Origin: an uncultured Bacteroidales bacterium
GTDB taxonomy: Bacteria; Bacteroidota; Bacteroidia; Bacteroidales; JAUNSR01
DNA: 64,000 bases
Direction of reading: 5' to 3'
Assembly: GCA_947074145.1 (NCBI GenBank)
Contig: CAMTOJ010000008.1
Coordinates: forward strand, 32,557-96,556
Below, piece after piece: positions 60,088 through 64,000 of this stretch. The notes beneath the pieces are model-generated. The model was not told the DNA's origin and searched no databases. It saw nothing but the letters and a program-made list of their open reading frames with translations. Position 1 is the stretch's first letter; each line of letters begins with the position of its first letter. Position numbers and translations under genes: made by a program.

Positions 60088-61926
60088 TTAATCTTCTTCT
60101 TTAGTTCTTCTTGCAAAAGGACTGTATTTCTTACCTCCTCCTTCAAATCCGGCATTCTTGTAGAATTCTACAAATGTCAGACGCATAGGATGCACAAATG
60201 CTCCAAGACCTGCCATAAATATATTCATAGAGTGTCCGAAAAGAAGTATTATAGCTGAAACTATAAATCCTACTACCGGAATATCAGGACTCATTTTAAT
60301 TGCTAAGTCATTGAATACTAAACCAAGTACTGCACCTGAAATTCCCAAAGCGAAAAGACGTACATATGAAAGAAGATCACCCATAAGACCTGTAGCCATA
60401 TTATAAGTATCCCAAAGACCGGCTCCGACATTTATGAAAACATTTCTCTTCATATCATTGAAAACAAATATTCCAATTGCGCCTAATCCTCCGGCAACAT
60501 AATATATGATACGTGCCACAGATTCTTCGATAATTCCAAAGTGTTGAAGAATTGCAGCTGAACCGCATCCTACAATACCCACAAACCATCCCCAAGCAGA
60601 AAGAGCATTAAGGAATCCGAATCGGATTGTATAACCTATTGCCTTTATTCCCATACCAAAAATGATCTGAATTCCTCCTACAATCAAAGAAAGAGTAAAC
60701 AATTTATCCGGATCAAGCATGAATTTCTTCATATTTTGTATCCAAGGCCAATCAACTTTCAAAAGCTCGATACCAAAGAAAGTTCCGCTGACAAATCCAA
60801 AGATTACCGTTCCTACTCCTAAAATTGCGACAAGAGAAAGCATTGGTTTGATACTCTCTTTAACAAATCTACGGCCAATAAGAGCGGCTGCTATTAGAAT
60901 CAATCCATAACCTGCATCTCCCAAACAAAGACCGAAGAACATTACGAAGAATGGTGCAAAAAACGGTGTTAAATCAAGTTCCGAATAGGATGGAAGCTGA
61001 TAAAGCTCCGCTATTGGATGAAACAGTGCCGCAAACTTATTATTATGAAGTTTGATAGGCGCAGGATCCTCTTTCTTAGCTTTTTCATTAACATAGAATA
61101 TTCCCAGATTATCAAGGTATGTATTCACCTCTTCTGTATTCTGAGTTGGAATCCATCCCTCTAGGAATATAAGTTTATTCTCAGCTTGTGAGTCGGAATT
61201 AAGATTAACCTTTGTCAGATCTACTGCCTCAAGTGATAAATTGTATCCTTCCTGAAGAGAATGATAAGAATCAAGACAAAATTGATTGATTGATTCTTCA
61301 TTATCTTTTTCCTCTTTTAGGATATTATTCATTAAAGTAGTAAGATCTGAAAGTGATTCTTTTGGAAGTTTTACCCTTTCGGTTTCTTCCATATCGGTCA
61401 CTTCCCCCTGAGGAGTTACTGTGATGAAGAAATTTTGTGAATTTTGTTCACTTATAATGATAGCATTATACTTCTCAATCCATTCATCATTAAAATTTCT
61501 TACCGCACAAGTAAAGAATCTAACTATATGACCTGCATCACGGAGTTTATAAATCTTATCCCAATCAAAATCACCCCAAGGAGCAAAACGTTCAATTTCT
61601 TTTTGAACGAATACTTTTCTTTGAGCAATTTTTCCTTTTTCTTCATGTAAAGCTTCATATTCGCCAAGAGCTTTCAGATAATCAAAACCTTCTATTGCAG
61701 GTTTACATTTATCTTTCTCCTCTCCCACGATTATTGCCATCTCTTTTAAAATACGTTCAAAACGAGCACTTGTTGAGAGTTGGCTCTGTAAATCAGACCC
61801 ATCTTCTACTATCCCACTTTGACGTTCAATCACATGACAAAGACCAAGATCTCTTAGTTTGATCAAAAAATCGCTATATTCCTTATGATAAACAAGGAAA
61901 CTATATTTCGACATTCCTACAACCAT
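60088..61926 (-). CDS. ntpI: V-type ATPase subunit I (a-subunit)
   Basis: 612 aa with a soluble N-terminal half and a C-terminal polytopic half. Contains the conserved Arg context LSYVRLFALG. Confidence 0.9.
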   Translation of the reverse strand: MVVGMSKYSFLVYHKEYSDFLIKLRDLGLCHVIERQSGIVEDGSDLQSQLSTSARFERILKEMAIIVGEEKDKCKPAIEGFDYLKALGEYEALHEEKGKIAQRKVFVQKEIERFAPWGDFDWDKIYKLRDAGHIVRFFTCAVRNFNDEWIEKYNAIIISEQNSQNFFITVTPQGEVTDMEETERVKLPKESLSDLTTLMNNILKEEKDNEESINQFCLDSYHSLQEGYNLSLEAVDLTKVNLNSDSQAENKLIFLEGWIPTQNTEEVNTYLDNLGIFYVNEKAKKEDPAPIKLHNNKFAALFHPIAELYQLPSYSELDLTPFFAPFFVMFFGLCLGDAGYGLILIAAALIGRRFVKESIKPMLSLVAILGVGTVIFGFVSGTFFGIELLKVDWPWIQNMKKFMLDPDKLFTLSLIVGGIQIIFGMGIKAIGYTIRFGFLNALSAWGWFVGIVGCGSAAILQHFGIIEESVARIIYYVAGGLGAIGIFVFNDMKRNVFINVGAGLWDTYNMATGLMGDLLSYVRLFALGISGAVLGLVFNDLAIKMSPDIPVVGFIVSAIILLFGHSMNIFMAGLGAFVHPMRLTFVEFYKNAGFEGGGKKYSPFARRTKEED

Positions 61927-62528
61927 GGATTTTCCTCCTTTCTTTTCTCCTGTTGAGCACGCATTATTTTCTGTGATGATTTAGAAAGATTTTCTTCATC
62001 CTCCATAAAGCGTTTTATTTTACGTATTGCATCTTGATAGCCCGGAATCTGTACTTTCTCAAAAAGATTAACTTTCTGAGTTGTCTTTTTTCTTGCAACT
62101 TCAAGAAGATTTAATTTCATATCTGTAAAATCGCGTTCTATTGCAGTACGTGACATCCGAATTAATATTGTCAATCCGTCAACATACCAACTAGGAGCGG
62201 AAAATAGACTGAAAGGAGGTATATCGAATTCAATATTCGACAACACCGGAACTCTTACACCTGCAATTTTTCTTACGTTAAGTTCAACATCTTTCACCTT
62301 AATAAGTGTTGGATCGAACTCACTCCAAAGAGCCATCATCTTGTCGTAAGCGGCAATCTCCTGTTCGAGCTTTATCTCCAGATCTTTGGCCTCATCTTTC
62401 GATTTCTTAACCTCCATACGCAGCGCACTCTCCTTATTTTTAATAGTCGGCAGAGTACGAACACGCATTTTCAGATTCTTTTCCAAATCCTGAAGCGAGG
62501 TCTTATTATATTGAAATTTTATAGCCAT
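61917..62528 (-). CDS. ntpD: V-type ATPase subunit D
   Basis: 203 aa, coiled-coil, with an N-terminus (NKTSLQDLEKNLKM) and length typical of subunit D. 10-nt overlap with ntpI. Confidence 0.88.
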   Translation of the reverse strand: MAIKFQYNKTSLQDLEKNLKMRVRTLPTIKNKESALRMEVKKSKDEAKDLEIKLEQEIAAYDKMMALWSEFDPTLIKVKDVELNVRKIAGVRVPVLSNIEFDIPPFSLFSAPSWYVDGLTILIRMSRTAIERDFTDMKLNLLEVARKKTTQKVNLFEKVQIPGYQDAIRKIKRFMEDEENLSKSSQKIMRAQQEKRKEENPWL

Positions 62529-62609
62529 TATTTTATTATTTAATTTTTAAACCGTGTCTATCTTTTTCAAGATAGATTTATTACGTATGATAAATATAAG
62601 AATCAATTA

Positions 62610-63929
62610 TTATTCTTTCCAATATTTATCTACAAGAGATTTTTTCAGATTTACCTCATCCGGTTTAAAATGTTTGGAAAACAATCCCCAAGTCACATCA
62701 AGCATCTCTGTAATATCAAGATTCACATCAATAGCCAAGATATCATTCGCATACTCTTTAGCAAAAGCCAAAGTACGTTCGTCATAATTTGTAAGATCGA
62801 AACCATTCTCCATCTTAGTTCTTGCATTTGCAGCATCAGAATAAAGACGAACAGCAGCATTCATTACCTGTGGATGATCTTCTCTTGTTTTCTTTCCTTG
62901 TACAAGCTGTTTCAAACGAGACAATGAACGGAAAGGGTCAACAATTACTTTACCAATTTCAGAGTCACGGCGAAGGAATAACTGTCCTTCTGTGATATAA
63001 CCTGTATTATCAGGCACGGCATGAGTGATATCGCCACCTGAAAGAGTAGTAACGGCAATAATTGTGATTGAACCACCTGAAGGGAACTGTACTGCTTTTT
63101 CGTAGATCTTTGCAAGGTCTGAATAAAGAGAACCTGGCATTGAGTCTTTTGAAGGGATCTGATCCATACGGTTAGATACAATCGCAAGCGCATCTGCATA
63201 AGATGTCATATCTGTCAAAAGAACAAGTACCTTTTCATTTTTCTCAACTGCGAAATATTCAGCAGCTGTAAGAGCCATATCAGGTACAAGAAGACGTTCA
63301 ACAGGAGGATTCTCTGTAGTATTAACGAAACTTACGATACGGTCAAGAGCACCAGCATTACTAAATACATTCTTGAAATAAAGGAAGTCATCGTTTGTCA
63401 TACCCATCGCGCCAAGGATAATCTTATCAGCCTTCGCACGAAGTGCTACAGTTGCCATAACCTGGTTGAAAGGTTGATCGGGATCGGCAAAGAAAGGAAT
63501 CTTCTGACCTGATACAAGAGTATTATTAAGGTCAATACCCGCAATACCTGTTGCAATAAGTTCAGAAGGCTGTTTACGTCTTACCGGATTTACCGATGGA
63601 CCACCAATCTCAACTCTTTTACCCTCTACTTCGGGTCCACCATCTATCGGCATACCGAATGCGTTAAAGAAACGCCCGGCAAGTTGTTCACTAACATTAA
63701 GCGAAGGAGCTTTACCGATAAAGACAACTTCTGCATTTGTTCTGACACCACCTGTACCACCAAACACCTGCAAAGTCACCTCATCACCCATTACTTTTAC
63801 CACCTGTGCAAGCTGTCCGTCAATCAATGCAAGTTCATCATTACCCACATTTTTTGCTCTCAAAGAACATGTTGCCTTAGTGATAGCGGTGATTTTTGTA
63901 TATATTTTTTGAAAAGCCGTATTTGTCAT
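62610..63929 (-). CDS. ntpB: V-type ATPase subunit B
   Basis: 439 aa with SLSRLK, PGSLYSDLAKIYE and TVALRAKADKIILGAMGMTNDD motifs typical of the non-catalytic B subunit. Confidence 0.95.
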   Translation of the reverse strand: MTNTAFQKIYTKITAITKATCSLRAKNVGNDELALIDGQLAQVVKVMGDEVTLQVFGGTGGVRTNAEVVFIGKAPSLNVSEQLAGRFFNAFGMPIDGGPEVEGKRVEIGGPSVNPVRRKQPSELIATGIAGIDLNNTLVSGQKIPFFADPDQPFNQVMATVALRAKADKIILGAMGMTNDDFLYFKNVFSNAGALDRIVSFVNTTENPPVERLLVPDMALTAAEYFAVEKNEKVLVLLTDMTSYADALAIVSNRMDQIPSKDSMPGSLYSDLAKIYEKAVQFPSGGSITIIAVTTLSGGDITHAVPDNTGYITEGQLFLRRDSEIGKVIVDPFRSLSRLKQLVQGKKTREDHPQVMNAAVRLYSDAANARTKMENGFDLTNYDERTLAFAKEYANDILAIDVNLDITEMLDVTWGLFSKHFKPDEVNLKKSLVDKYWKE

Positions 63930-63932
63930 AGC

Positions 63933-64000
63933 CTATTTTACAATAATTCGTTCGCTAATCAATTCTTTAATTTCGTTCTCATATTTGTAGAACTCGTCTG
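63933..64000 (-). CDS. ntpA: 3' end of the upstream V-ATPase gene (by operon order, catalytic subunit A); 5' part lies beyond the window
   Basis: My translation of the minus strand gives ...DEFYKYENEIKELISERIIVK*, with the stop at the complement of 63933-63935, 3 nt before the ntpB start. Identity is inferred only from the conserved A-B-D-I-K order. Confidence 0.55.
   Translation of the reverse strand, partial: DEFYKYENEIKELISERIIVK

Overview
AT-rich chromosomal segment that reads like a Bacteroidota (Bacteroidales-type) genome. Supporting signs: TonB-dependent receptors, a T9SS C-terminal sorting domain, GH97/GH51/GH2 enzymes, TAnnTTTG-type -7 promoter boxes, almost no Shine-Dalgarno sequences, and a V-type ATPase operon. 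I call 51 protein-coding genes. Two are truncated by the window edges: a ClC channel at the left (missing from the ORF track) and the tail of V-ATPase subunit A at the right. Content is mostly housekeeping or central metabolism: tsaC, fmt, rsmG, maeB, lgt, miaA, ABC-F, xylAB, ntpABDIK. Interspersed are envelope, transport and glycan-degradation genes: GH51, CE1-like esterase, GH97, GH2, two TonB-dependent receptors, corA, a split chrA pair, EamA and DoxX. I recognised no rRNA, tRNA, CRISPR array, transposase, integrase or phage gene, but this was by eye only. Many intrinsic terminators are visible. The stretches the genes do not explain are listed here. (1) A 247-bp G+C-rich element made of two mutually inverted tandem-repeat arrays (4 x 26 nt and 5 x 16/17 nt) sits exactly between the two halves of the chromate-transporter pair. 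(2) A ~0.9-kb ORF-free region (37.7-38.6 kb) contains several short repeats at 21-22-nt spacing. (3) Two membrane-tethered one-component regulators: a hybrid two-component system (HTCS)-like propeller/YYY sensor fused directly to an AraC HTH with no kinase or receiver, and a TPR-TM-HTH protein next to a DUF3244-like gene. (4) A polytopic membrane protein has a degenerate Idi/Nudix-like domain and overlaps miaA by 89 nt. (5) An orphan uptake locus (TBDR, lipoprotein, class-III binding protein, short TrmO-like protein) has no permease or ATPase, and a signal-less binding-protein-fold gene lies nearby. (6) Several perfect palindromes lie in promoter regions. All functional calls come from reading the supplied or self-made translations. 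No database search was run.
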